In this document: positions 49,301-58,876 of the stretch, one piece after another
Numbering within the stretch: the first letter of the stretch is position 1
Layout: each line of letters opens with the position of its first letter
Assembly: GCA_001724265.1 (NCBI GenBank)
Contig: MEDY01000123.1
Span: 1-64,000, forward strand
Direction: 5' to 3'
From: Rhizaria sp. SCN 62-66
Taxonomy: Eukaryota
Length of the DNA: 64,000 nucleotides
Made by a program: the position numbers and the translations under genes
Notes under the pieces: generated by a model
Seen by the model: only the letters and a program-made list of their open reading frames with translations
Databases searched by the model: none
Told to the model about the DNA's origin: nothing

Positions 49301-49632
49301 GCGACCGCGTGCGGTGCTTTTACGAGGTGAACCCGCTCAAAGTGGGCTCGGTGTACCGCGAGCACGGTGGCAAGCGCGTCGTGCCGATTCTGCCCGTGAC
49401 AGAGTGCACGGCGCCGTTCGTGGTGTGCGTCGCGCGCGACGCGAGCGCCGGGAGCGAGGGCGGCAACATGAGCAACAGCAACAATGTCGCTGGGGAGAAT
49501 GAGGCGAATGTGGACTCGACCACGAGCAAGGCTACTAGTGCTGCTGCTGACGAAGATAATGCGGGCGCTGGTGAGGTGGAGAGGAGGCTTGCGCAGTTCA
49601 GGCATGGCATTGACTACTTTCACATTGTTTAA
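46306..49632 (+). CDS. B3GNTL1: GT2-family glycosyltransferase, B3GNTL1/QTGAL (queuosine-tRNA galactosyltransferase)-like, with large insertions
   Basis: Ordered motifs VLTPVYNA..YL.DC, IYDDASSDDS, VGHARN..LMLDADD, GTRFTRTP.GSTPRY, LVQPTW, G.GTPEDLLFF, FGIWGNGRDGKRFY, VPILP...PFVVCV and C-terminal GIDYFH match the B3GNTL1 layout. Ends TAA. Confidence 0.82.
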   Translation: MNALGSAATSCASATCFPPRAPCGIDVTVLTPVYNAAAYLPDCIATLLAQDVLDTPFCLTHNPHPDTAPASSSSAACVSADAASPCSRSPARLEWSIYDDASSDDSVAVILSHAPALLARGVSLVISSFSHPHPIRLDASAPPAAHGALVAAAVAALAPCHLPAPAAVAAAADAYRRYDAWAANHAAEAVAAAAAAAADAANGGGQSSAKGGNLPAGWKVDSKGRARKVKPAPGSEAAAGASERRPKLSAEEIERLKAEAAARKAAALNAAVTTSAGVDTAAAPLTTAASSNSTDSTANLATEESAVAVVKRPRTTSSNSNDSTANKCDTDDSNSVSVTCASAVFAPDAALAPAAISTPTPAPAPAVPSAAAATASAAATASAGLHPLVPRVRDVGHARNRALLQSRGAWLLMLDADDCTPRRRVGTVLRWACADWARQHQSHRTGTSGDATDSCSQLQSHSQSQLQLQSQRGAEEPAYPPPVLYGTRFTRTPAGSTPRYNAFLNALSADEVVQFRHRDLTLVQPTWLLSRTAYAVTFALNINTNSAENNIGDHASAIVNTGDYRAVRAWARSQFANPLTGAPAVAHQSDCSRKSVPGLDLQSHDLQSLLLPMNNNVDPADTASVAKAMDSVFFPCPQSSPQAADLLSSTTSALTGTVPTVSVTAPHYCPFSRDPVLLSSVSTRTSSDSTPPLVTVSSGVDLGGGYPQTGLGTPEDLLFFHRALRSGARLGLCPLRSAEVVYRYSATSASASVKIGAMMANRVEHFETTVLTTLPAAACAGNAQADTAAQATSNSRKNKNKDKSQNDASGDAASAPMCDNDAATAEANARAGVTAMTDSDVSAVAAVSPSVSTCGPDVNAPNESAFIRISDMLVPFAAEASESELETAATLVIADAAADAEASAGGSARGGNEEATASVLRKSDIIAGRSVNVSTTTNVSSDNRNATTGSLESNAGAAAPCAATTLPDWDWGDPSVKFGIWGNGRDGKRFYNALSGAARDRVRCFYEVNPLKVGSVYREHGGKRVVPILPVTECTAPFVVCVARDASAGSEGGNMSNSNNVAGENEANVDSTTSKATSAAADEDNAGAGEVERRLAQFRHGIDYFHIV

Positions 49633-50492
49633 GTTCGCATATGTTCTTGTGTACCCCTTATCCTTTTGGTGCGCTCATCAGCTGGCATATTTTGATTCGC
49701 ACTAGGGTTGCTTTGTTTTGAAATGACTGTTGATACATAGATCTTTGATGACAATGGTCGAACAACTTTTGACTGTGGAGAGCTTTTGTCGGTTGGTTCC
49801 CTTCAATGCGACTTGAAAAAAATTGTCAAACGAGAAATACTTTATTTTAATGAATCACATTTTGATGCTTAAGTTATTTGACACGTAATAATACCGTACT
49901 TGACAGTGCTATTTACGCAACACATGAGAACCACGTTGCATACTCGTTTTATTGTGATTTCGTCAAACACTAGCCGTTGTGGGACTCGCTGGTGAGACGA
50001 GGGACGAGTGCTGATCTTGCGACAGCAAGATCTTTATCAGTGCTTCGTCAAGAAATGCAATAATATCTTAAAACAGCAGATCCGGACATTTAAAATTCAT
50101 TTCGATAATTATGATTTCCGAAAAGCTTGTCTTGGCATAAATGGGCGTGATTAAAAAAAAAGAGATGGTTCGGGACTCGTTGGCATGGCTCGGCGCATCT
50201 TCTCACATCGTGTCTCTTGATCTTGGATAATATAGCCACCTCTTTATTTTACGAGTACGCTTCAACTTTAAAGACGTGCATCCAACTTGTTTCGCACGTT
50301 GGCAGACCTCGGATCGTCAGCACTCGCACAGCTTTATTATCACAGTCCCACTTTGACTTCAAGTTCATAGGCTGTCGGCGACGATCACACAAAGAAGCAG
50401 TCTAGTTCTTCGCCTCTGATCGCCCAAAAAAACACAGCAACTCGAAGCGTTAGCCGCGTTGTATTCTCTTTGCGCTACTCGAGTCTTTTTTG

Positions 50493-53400
50493 ATGTCGGC
50501 GGTATCGCGTCTGCTGTCTCCTCGTCTGTCATCGATCTCGAACATCAACACCCCTCACGACGTTGCAAACAGCACAAACTCAGCCACAGCAACACTCGTC
50601 GCCAGCAAGTCGCCACAGTTTGCTGCGACTTCAAGTCGCAAGGAGGAAACCAAGTCGTCTATCGGCGGCTACTCGCCCCCTTTGCCGTCGCTGCTCACGG
50701 TCACGACCACAATGAGTTCGCCTACTGACAGCGCTCACATGCCAGCTGACAGCGCTCACAACAGCAACGTACAGATCAGCTCAAAGTACAGCGCCAACCC
50801 TGACATTGTTGGCGTGGCGCATAGCGCGGGCACCGATGTATACCCACCGAGCTCTGTGCCTGTGTCCGCAGAAACCACTGCTTCTGCACCCTCGGTCGCC
50901 ACCAGCAGCAGCCACACTGCAGATGCCATTGTTGCTGCCAACGAGAAACAAGTCAGCTCTGGTCTGGCAAGCCACACATCATCGGCGCGTCACACAGCAC
51001 TATCGCCAATGACATTCAGCACAAGCACGCATACGAACGGTCGTGCGCCACCATATGCGCCCTTTGCCAGCTCCCCGATGCAGCTGCAGCAGCTCCATAA
51101 GCAAAGCCTATAGTTTGCACATCAACCAAAGCAACACGCAAGCGAGATTGCACCGTACGGCGTTTCCCAGGCTGCGCGCGACTCTATCCAGTCTCACAGC
51201 GCTGGCGCCGCCGCTGCGCTGTCTCTCGCGCTAGGGACCCGGCAACACGCCCCCGTCGATACCACGGTGACGCCGCGCCCGCACGCGCCGGCGCGCAGGC
51301 CAGACAGCCCAGTGTTGAGCGCCGCTGTGCCGTCGCGCGTTACGCCTCAGCTTTACTCGCCGCAGAGCCAACCACCCGGTGCTGGAGTTGTCCCAGCTGC
51401 AACAGCCGCCACAGCGCAAACGCTGTTCGGCAGTGGGCTCAGCGGCGACGGCAACCGCGTAGACAGCAGTGGCGACCTGCGGTCAGCGAGCAGCCGTGCG
51501 AACAACGGCAACGACATCGGTAACAGCAACGCAGTAGGCGCTCAGCCGCATTGTGCAAGTGAAAACAACATCATCGGTTTTGGTGCGTTACATGCGCCAA
51601 CTACGCAGCGCGCGGCAACCTACTCACTGCCACAGTCACACACTGCACAGAGCCCATGCGCAAGCACGGCGCCCATTAAGTCCAAGCATTAGACTCAGCA
51701 TAGGTACATGATACAGCGAGCTGGGGCAACTCACGCATCATCTGCCAACCAAGCTAACAGTTACGCCGGCGCCGACTCGACTGATGTCAGCAACTTTACG
51801 AATACGGCGCGCGAGACAACTGGTGCTTTTGCGGCGTTCACCAGAGAAGCTTTGCACTCATCCTACACAAGCGCTAAACTGCACCCACCGCCGCGTCCTA
51901 GATCAGCGCAGGCGCTAGGAGCGACGTCGATGCGACTTGCAAGCGAGGCTCTTGGATTTGCTACTTCAAGTGCCCATGGTCATGGCCGTTATATCCTTGG
52001 TCATGACGCAAGCAGCGCGGTTGCTGAAGCTGCAAGCAGTGCTGCACGTGCCGCTCTGACTGGAACAGAGCTGTTGAACCAGTTGCCCACGCCCAGCCCT
52101 GGATTAAGCAATATTAGAGGCGGTCGTATAAACGCGCAACATAGCTCAAGTTCACTTCTCTCAGCTATACTCGGCGCTAATGTCACGGCAACAACCTACA
52201 TCAACTCCCTTGCATCAACGACTCCAACGCTACATCTCACACCGAGTCACTCAACAATCGTTAACTCAAGTAGCAACACCGGCACGAGCACTGGAACCAA
52301 TGTGATGCATGCCCACGACAGCGCGTATGGTCATAGTTGCAGTTCAGCAGGAAACAACAGCGCACACGCGATGCGCGGTGGTCTTGCAGGCAGTCTCTTG
52401 CGTACTGTCACTCCCTTGCTTCGCGTTGGCTCGGCGTCAATTCTCATGGCATCGCCTGCCGCGCTTGTTGCGTGGCGCGCTAACCGGTCCGGCCACAGTC
52501 ACGCTGCAGCAGTTGATGGAATGCGGACTGCCTCGGCATTTCCTCCGACTTCGATCGCGTCTGTGGGACGCGCAGCTGCAGTCACCGCGGCAGCATATGC
52601 GCAAAACGGCTGTGGCAATAACAATGCGATCTACCGTAGTGACAGTGTCATGACTGCAGCTAGTACCAACGGTAGCGTCAGCGACGAGTTGTGGCGTGAG
52701 CTTGGTGCTGCGACGCCGCTGCTGTCATCAACTGGCAATGCAATTGCAGCAAGCCACGTGTACACCGACTTGAATGCTAAGGAACACGTGCTCACACATA
52801 ATTCCACATCGAGCAACAAGAGCAATACTATAAGTAGTCAACAAGGAGATGGCCATAAAGACGCCGTCACAACGCCCGTCTTTTCCGATCCACTGAAGCC
52901 GTCGTTTGTTGACGGATCGGCGCAAGCTTTAGCACCGTGTCGTGCACAAAATGCCCATCATGAACCAGGACAACGGTTGACAATGCAACCCCCGACAGTG
53001 CCGTGTCTAGATAGTACCGGGCAAACAAAGTTTGCAGGTAAGAGAGTACTTGCCCACGGCGATGGATTCGTGCTGAAACCTTTTACGCACGGCAGTGACA
53101 GTCTTTCTGCATCTATGCCTGCAGTTGGCGCCGCAAAAAAACAGCAGTTTACTTTACATCTAACGAGCGGGAATGCTAGTTACCCAGCGTCTCATTCACA
53201 TCACGCCCGCTTTAGTCCTGCACCACTTGCTGCACCCACACCGCCACCGCATTATGGTGCAATTCCTGCAAGCACGGCCGGAGGAGCAAGTGGTCGCCTG
53301 GGATCGCTTGCTTCAAAAGCCGACCCTAGAGAGCTGAACAATGCGGATGTCCTGCAACAGCAACAACAGCAACAACAACCGCAAAAGCAGCCGCGCCGAC

Positions 53401-55193
53401 AGCCACAACTGTTCGGCGGCAGTGATAATGATGACGAAGACCACAAGCACAGTGAGGACGACAATACAGTCTTCCTCGGTTCTGTCATCGACCCCAAAGC
53501 CCACCAGCAAACCACCGGAACTGAACAGGGTCCCGCTTACTTGCCGTCTAACACCGCGATGCTACTGCACACCAACAGCAGCAACCCGGATATTAGAACC
53601 GGGCGTGGACTCAAGCGGCAGCTGTCATCACAAACACTCCCCACCACTGACAGCATTGGTGCCACTGCTGCCTACAGTCATCTGCGCCAGGCTATCTCAC
53701 GCGGACATGATGTGCAGTGGCTACACCAACATCATAACCAACAATGGCAGCCTCCGTCTGCCACTGCGTGTGCACCTAATGCACAGTTGCACTGTCAGCC
53801 AGATCCGACGTCACAGCAACAGCAGTTTTAGCAACAACACCAAACGCAGTTAACACACGCAACTGCAGCACAAAGCTCGACCGCACTTGGGACTGAGCAA
53901 CCGCATCTTCGCTTTGAGCAGTTTCCTGCCAGCCATTTTACAACTGCACACAAACACTCAGCTATGGTCATGCCAAACGCCGGTGCACAGTCTAGCGCGC
54001 AGGGTAGTGTGCTGCCTTTGTGCACCGCGGTCGGAACACCTGATGCTAATCACATTGGTCAGACAAATGGACTCGGTGCCGCGACTGCTGGCTTCTTTGC
54101 GCAAACTGGCCTGCTGTGGATGGGCTCCCAACCGCCAGTATTGCCAATTGCAAGTAAAATCAACGCACTTCCTGTCCCCTCGGCGGCGGCAGCAAACCCC
54201 ATAGTCAATGGCAGCGCAATCACACACCGAGTTGCATCAGTCGGCAGCACGACAGTTAACGGCAGAGCCACGCACCGCTTCAACACAAGCGCCGCCAGCA
54301 GCACACTGCACCGCAACGCCGTCTACGCCCTCGAGACCGCGTCCGGTCGCCGCGTCCCGCGCCGCCGCGCTTTTCCGGGCTCGCCCGAGAGCGTCTACAG
54401 CACTGGCGCCAACCACCACGCTGTCACCGGTGTCGGCGGCGGCAGGAGGGCAGGTTTCGGCCGTCGCTACAACGCCGGCGGCGAGGCCCCCATCATCATA
54501 CGCGGCGCACGCCTCGCGCCCGACCCCGCGGTTGCGGCAGCCGCAGCCGCAGCGGCAGCAGCCGCCGCCGCGTCGGGCGACCCGCTGAGCGTTGCCGCCG
54601 GCGACAGCCCCAGCGGCCTGACTGCGCAGGGTTTGGACCGTGCGCGCGCAATCGCGAGGGAGATGGCCGAGGCGCGGCAGCAGCGGGGCCACTCGACGGC
54701 AGGCCAGAGGTCGCTGCCGGACGACTCGCTGCAAACACTGCAAAACGTACGTCTGCGTTACTATGATGTTATATACCTCTGATACAAACTGTGTTTGAAT
54801 TCTGGTTTCACTTACATTGACGTGTTCTCATTCCTCTTGGTTGTCATTCTTCTGTTTAAGTGGCTATACACCCACTTCGACGAGCCTTACCCAACTGAGC
54901 AAGACAAAGAGGAGCTTGCGCTCGCGACAGGTTTGACAGCGAAGCAGGTCAACTACTGGATGATCAACGCGCGTGTCCGCCTGTGGAAGCCTGCAATCGC
55001 GCGGGTGCGGGCTGACGGCGAGACGGAGGCCCAGGCTGCGACTGGGGCGGATGCTGGTATGGAAGCTGCTGCAACCGCAGCTGAATCCGCTCTCAGCATC
55101 GCCGTTGCAGCAGCAGCCGCAGCCGCGACAGCAGCAGGTGCAGGAACAACATTCAGTCGTACAAATGCCTTAAACAACAATAACAATAACTGA
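50493..55193 (+). CDS. TALE-class homeodomain transcription factor, ~1530 aa, three in-frame TAG codons; 2 exons (50493-54746, 54861-55193)
   Basis: Four same-frame ORFs are separated only by TAG (51111-13, 51690-92, 53829-31). Intron GTACGT(54747)..AAG(54860) yields RSLPDDSLQTLQN-WLYTHFDEPYPTEQDKEELALATGLTAKQVNYWMINARVRLWKP (PYP loop, W.INAR.R). Ends TGA. Confidence 0.85.
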
Positions 55194-55684
55194 GTTAAGA
55201 TCATCAAATGATCTCCTCTCCATGAAATGAAATCAGCTTCAATCGTACGTGTGTTCGCAATGATGAAAACCTACGCAAACAAGCCCACTACACTCCACTG
55301 CATGTGGCACAATTACACGGAAGTACACGCATGACGCAAGCCGATGTGTAACCCTTCTCAATCAACATTAGACTAACTCGGTGTGAATCATTTTCGGACC
55401 AAATTTATCGAACTGTTTATACGTACCAGTCAGGTGCATGTTAATACTGGAAGTACACTTAACTTATATGTGTTTCGAATATGACTAATGTATTCTCAGA
55501 TGAACAAATAAAGAGATGAAATCTGGCCCTCAAGCGCTTCGATAGTTACGAAACTGTAAACTTAAACACAATGTCTCACCTATCACATAAGCATGACCCA
55601 ATTGATCGTCAACTCTGAATAACTCAATACAGCAATTAACATAACATGTACATGCGATCATTTCCGCCGCTACTGCTGCACAAT

Positions 55685-58363
55685 TCATTTGTTGAAGTCA
55701 AACTCGTAGTCGACATCCTCGAACTCCTCCGGGATATCATCGCCTAACGGTTTCGCAGCCGCAGCCGACGGCTTGGCGGCAGCAGCACCCGCAGCAGCAC
55801 CACCAGCGATGGTCGTGTCGACGCTGTACGTCTCATTTACACCTGCATCAGCCGCACTCGTGTTGTTCGCGTTGGTGGTTGCACCAGGAGCCGCGAGGTA
55901 GGCAGAGGCACGCGCGGACACCTGCTCACTGTCAGCATTCTTCGCATTGACAGTCGCACTGGAGACGTTGTTGTGGTTGTCCTCGTTGTCAATGTTGGCG
56001 TACATGGCCTCGATCGCGTTCGAGTCCTCCAGGTATGCGAAGCTGTCGCCGACGACGCCGGTAAAGCCCAGTCCGCCGGCGCCGCCGTGCGCGGCCACGG
56101 CCTCGTTCGTCATCGTCGCGGCGAACCCCGCGTTCGCGGCCGCCGTCGCGTCCACAACAGCCGCGTCGGTGGCGGCGGTCTTGGTCACGTCGACATCGGT
56201 GTCGCCGCAGTTGCCGTTGGCCTGGCCGAGCCCGTCGTCGTCAGCGTCGTCGAGGTGCTGGCCCGCGCCGTGGACCGCCGGCAGCGCGCCGTCGCCGGTG
56301 ATGGTGGCCGTGAAGACCGCGGAGCCGCCGACGGTGCCGGTGGCGGAGGCCGACTGCAGCCCCTCTGCGTAGCCCACGCCCGACGCCGCGACCAGGCCCA
56401 TGTAGCTGACGTTGCCGCCCGAGGTGTCGAGCGCGGAGGCGTTGTTCGCGCCGCGACCGAGGTACGTGTCGTCCTCGGAGTACGACACGTCCGCGTTGGC
56501 ACCGCTGGCGCCGATAGCGGCGGCCGCGTTGGACGGGGACGGGCCGGCGCTGTTGGTGGCGCTTGTGTTGTTGTTGGCGGCCACGGCGAGCGGCAGCGCC
56601 GAAACGCGGTCACGGGCCTCCTCGTCCGCCTCGTTGTGCTCCCCGGCCCCGGCCTTGCCGTGGCTCGCGGGGGCGGCGTCGAAGGCTTCGTAGTCGAGCG
56701 TGGCCGCGTAGCTCTCGCCCGCGGCGTTGCGGCCAGCAGACGCGCCGTTGTCGCCGGCGTCGTCACCCGTGCCGTCGCCGGTGTGCACGCGGCCGCCCTG
56801 GGGCGGGATCGACTGCGTCAGCGTCATGCCCAGCGTGTCCACCAGCTTGTTGTTGCCGGCGCCGTTGCTGCCACTGTTGTCGAGCAGGCCTGCGCCGCTG
56901 GTGTTGGTGCCGACCGGGGACGCGAACGGGTCCTGGGTCGGGTCCCACGCGCTCGCCACCGCCACGGCCGCGGTATTGCCGGTGGACTCGGCGTCCTTCG
57001 GTGCAGCGGGGTCCGCGGAGTAGGTGTCGTTGGCGTTGTGGGTGTCGTTGATGTCGATGTCGATGAAGTCCTCCGGAATGTCTTCATCAATAGTAGCCTT
57101 GCCCGCCGCGGGCGCGGACTCGGGGCCAGCAGCGGCCGCACCGGGCTCGCCGTGCGCGACGGCGTCGTCCTCGTCGTCGTCGAGCAGCGAGCGGCCCGAG
57201 GCCCCGAACGCCGACGACTGGCGCGAAGCACGGTTCTTGCCCCTGCGCCCGCCGACGCTCACAAATCCACCTGCGGCGGCCCCGAAATCATCTTCCGCGT
57301 CCGCGCCTGCGTCGGCCTCTGCATCGGCCCCCGCCACGGCCTCAGAGACGGCCTCGGACCCGGAGCTGCCGGCGGCGGCGGGCTTGGCGAGCGGGAGCAG
57401 CCCGCGCGAGGGGGGGAACGACGCAGCCGACGCCGCCACGACGGCAGCGCCAGAGTGGTCGTCGTCACGCGCGGTGACGCCGGCGACGGCGGCCGCGAGC
57501 TCGGCGTCGTCGACGGTGGCCGCGCTGGCGTCGGGCTCGTCATGCGCGCTGCCGCTCGCAACCGCGGCCGCGTTGTCGGCGTTCGCACTGCTGTTGGCGT
57601 TGGTGTTGCTGTTTGTGTTGGCGCTGGCGTTAGGGCGCGTGACCGAGACGGAGCGCGTGGTCGAGGGGCTGTGGCTGCCGGGGGCCGAGGCGGAGCCGTT
57701 GGTGAGCCCCATCATCGCAATCCCGTGAACGGCCGTGATGATCTGCGTCAGTACGGGCGGCTCCTCCAGCGCGCTGGGTGCGAACGTCTCCGCCTCGTTG
57801 CCGTTGCCGTCAGCAGCAGCAGTAGCGTCATCTGCGTTGGCACTCGCACTCGAGGGCTCGAGAAAGGAAAACTGTGGGACGATGGCCTTGCGCTGCGTGA
57901 AGGCGTGGTTGGCGAGGTTGGCCTCGGTGACGAGCACGGACCAGGTGTGGTCGAGCTCGTACGCATCGCAGAAGTCCTTGATGAGCGAGAGCACCAGTTC
58001 GTCCATGGGCGACTCAAGCAGCCGCCGCTGCAGCTGCGTGCGTGGCGGGAACGGGCCGTTAATCGGGTCAAAGTCGGCGGTGTTAACTGCACGGTGGATC
58101 GAGGCGCGGATCTGTGCCTGTGTACAGGTGTGTGGTTGTGCGTGCAGAGGTGCGGGAGTGGGAACAGTGAGTGGAGTGGTGGCAAGAACTGACATGAACG
58201 GTTGAGAGTGAGGGGTAATAGTGACGTCAATGTCCGTCGCTAACCAAGTAGATATAAAAAGGTAATTGCCAGAAATAGCACGCACCTTGATAGAAGACAG
58301 CACACCGAGATGGCCCAAGGATTCCACAACGAGTCCCTTGAGCTCGTCCCCGGTGTCGGCCAT
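55685..58363 (-). CDS. FOP/CEP43 (FGFR1OP)-family centrosomal protein: N-terminal TOF/LisH domain plus a long acidic disordered tail; 2 exons (58363-58286, 58117-55685)
   Basis: ELKGLVVESLGHLGVLSSIK-AQIRASIHRAV after removing the 168 nt intron (GTGCGT 58285..CAG 58118), then LisH ELVLSLIKDFCDAYELDHTWSVLVTEAN. Ends TGA. Confidence 0.8.
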   Translation of the reverse strand: MADTGDELKGLVVESLGHLGVLSSIKVRAISGNYLFISTWLATDIDVTITPHSQPFMSVLATTPLTVPTPAPLHAQPHTCTQAQIRASIHRAVNTADFDPINGPFPPRTQLQRRLLESPMDELVLSLIKDFCDAYELDHTWSVLVTEANLANHAFTQRKAIVPQFSFLEPSSASANADDATAAADGNGNEAETFAPSALEEPPVLTQIITAVHGIAMMGLTNGSASAPGSHSPSTTRSVSVTRPNASANTNSNTNANSSANADNAAAVASGSAHDEPDASAATVDDAELAAAVAGVTARDDDHSGAAVVAASAASFPPSRGLLPLAKPAAAGSSGSEAVSEAVAGADAEADAGADAEDDFGAAAGGFVSVGGRRGKNRASRQSSAFGASGRSLLDDDEDDAVAHGEPGAAAAGPESAPAAGKATIDEDIPEDFIDIDINDTHNANDTYSADPAAPKDAESTGNTAAVAVASAWDPTQDPFASPVGTNTSGAGLLDNSGSNGAGNNKLVDTLGMTLTQSIPPQGGRVHTGDGTGDDAGDNGASAGRNAAGESYAATLDYEAFDAAPASHGKAGAGEHNEADEEARDRVSALPLAVAANNNTSATNSAGPSPSNAAAAIGASGANADVSYSEDDTYLGRGANNASALDTSGGNVSYMGLVAASGVGYAEGLQSASATGTVGGSAVFTATITGDGALPAVHGAGQHLDDADDDGLGQANGNCGDTDVDVTKTAATDAAVVDATAAANAGFAATMTNEAVAAHGGAGGLGFTGVVGDSFAYLEDSNAIEAMYANIDNEDNHNNVSSATVNAKNADSEQVSARASAYLAAPGATTNANNTSAADAGVNETYSVDTTIAGGAAAGAAAAKPSAAAAKPLGDDIPEEFEDVDYEFDFNK

Positions 58364-58495
58364 CGGTAGAGTCCTGCGGATACAAGCGGGAATACAAATC
58401 GTAGAGATGTGTAAATAAGGAAATCAGTACAACACAGCAGACTAATCCGCAGAGGGTTAATAGTATAACAATAGAACGAATAAATACCCTCGATA

Positions 58496-58545
58496 TTTCA
58501 AACCGTTGGAGCGTGCTCTACGTCTCGAGCTACAACGGCTCGTTC
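58496..58545. promoter_or_regulatory. CHR-like TTTCAAA abutting an MSA/Myb-like site, plus a second inverted AACGG site, upstream of the FOP/CEP43-like gene
   Basis: TTTCAAACCGTTGGA at 58496-58510 and TACAACGGCTCGTTC at 58531-58545. Confidence 0.38.
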
Positions 58546-58876
58546 ATCTTCGCGCTGCCCTAGAGCAGGTTCCTAAAAATCCGGTAGAAGGACGGCAATA
58601 GCCACAATGGCCTTGCGCTTTTTCTCATTAACTCCACATTCATTCGATGGATGATTATGTGACAGTTCTAGTTCATTTTACATATGTCGCATTTATTAAG
58701 TCCAATTAGCTAAATCTTACATATACCTATTATAGCTTCCCGTCGGCCCCCCCCTTGGAGCCTCTCTAACTCTCGTCTTCTCGTTCTTCTCTTACCGCAC
58801 CCGCACCGTTGCTCACTCTCTGTCTTGCTGAAACCCCACTCATTGTGAACCCCTGTCTTTGCATTTGCAGCTTGTG

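Noticed and set aside
50217-50492. Upstream in-frame extension of the homeobox gene through TAGs at 50403 and 50451
   Set aside because: The frame is open under TAG=sense, but I found no in-frame ATG or clear exon there and the composition looks UTR-like. These TAGs were not counted among the 13.
29134-53831. A-to-I editing of UAG to UGG (Trp), pyrrolysine, or programmed readthrough
   Set aside because: The contexts are Gln-rich disordered tracts rather than Trp positions, the 3' contexts share no motif, up to four TAGs occur per gene, and pyrrolysine is not known in eukaryotes.
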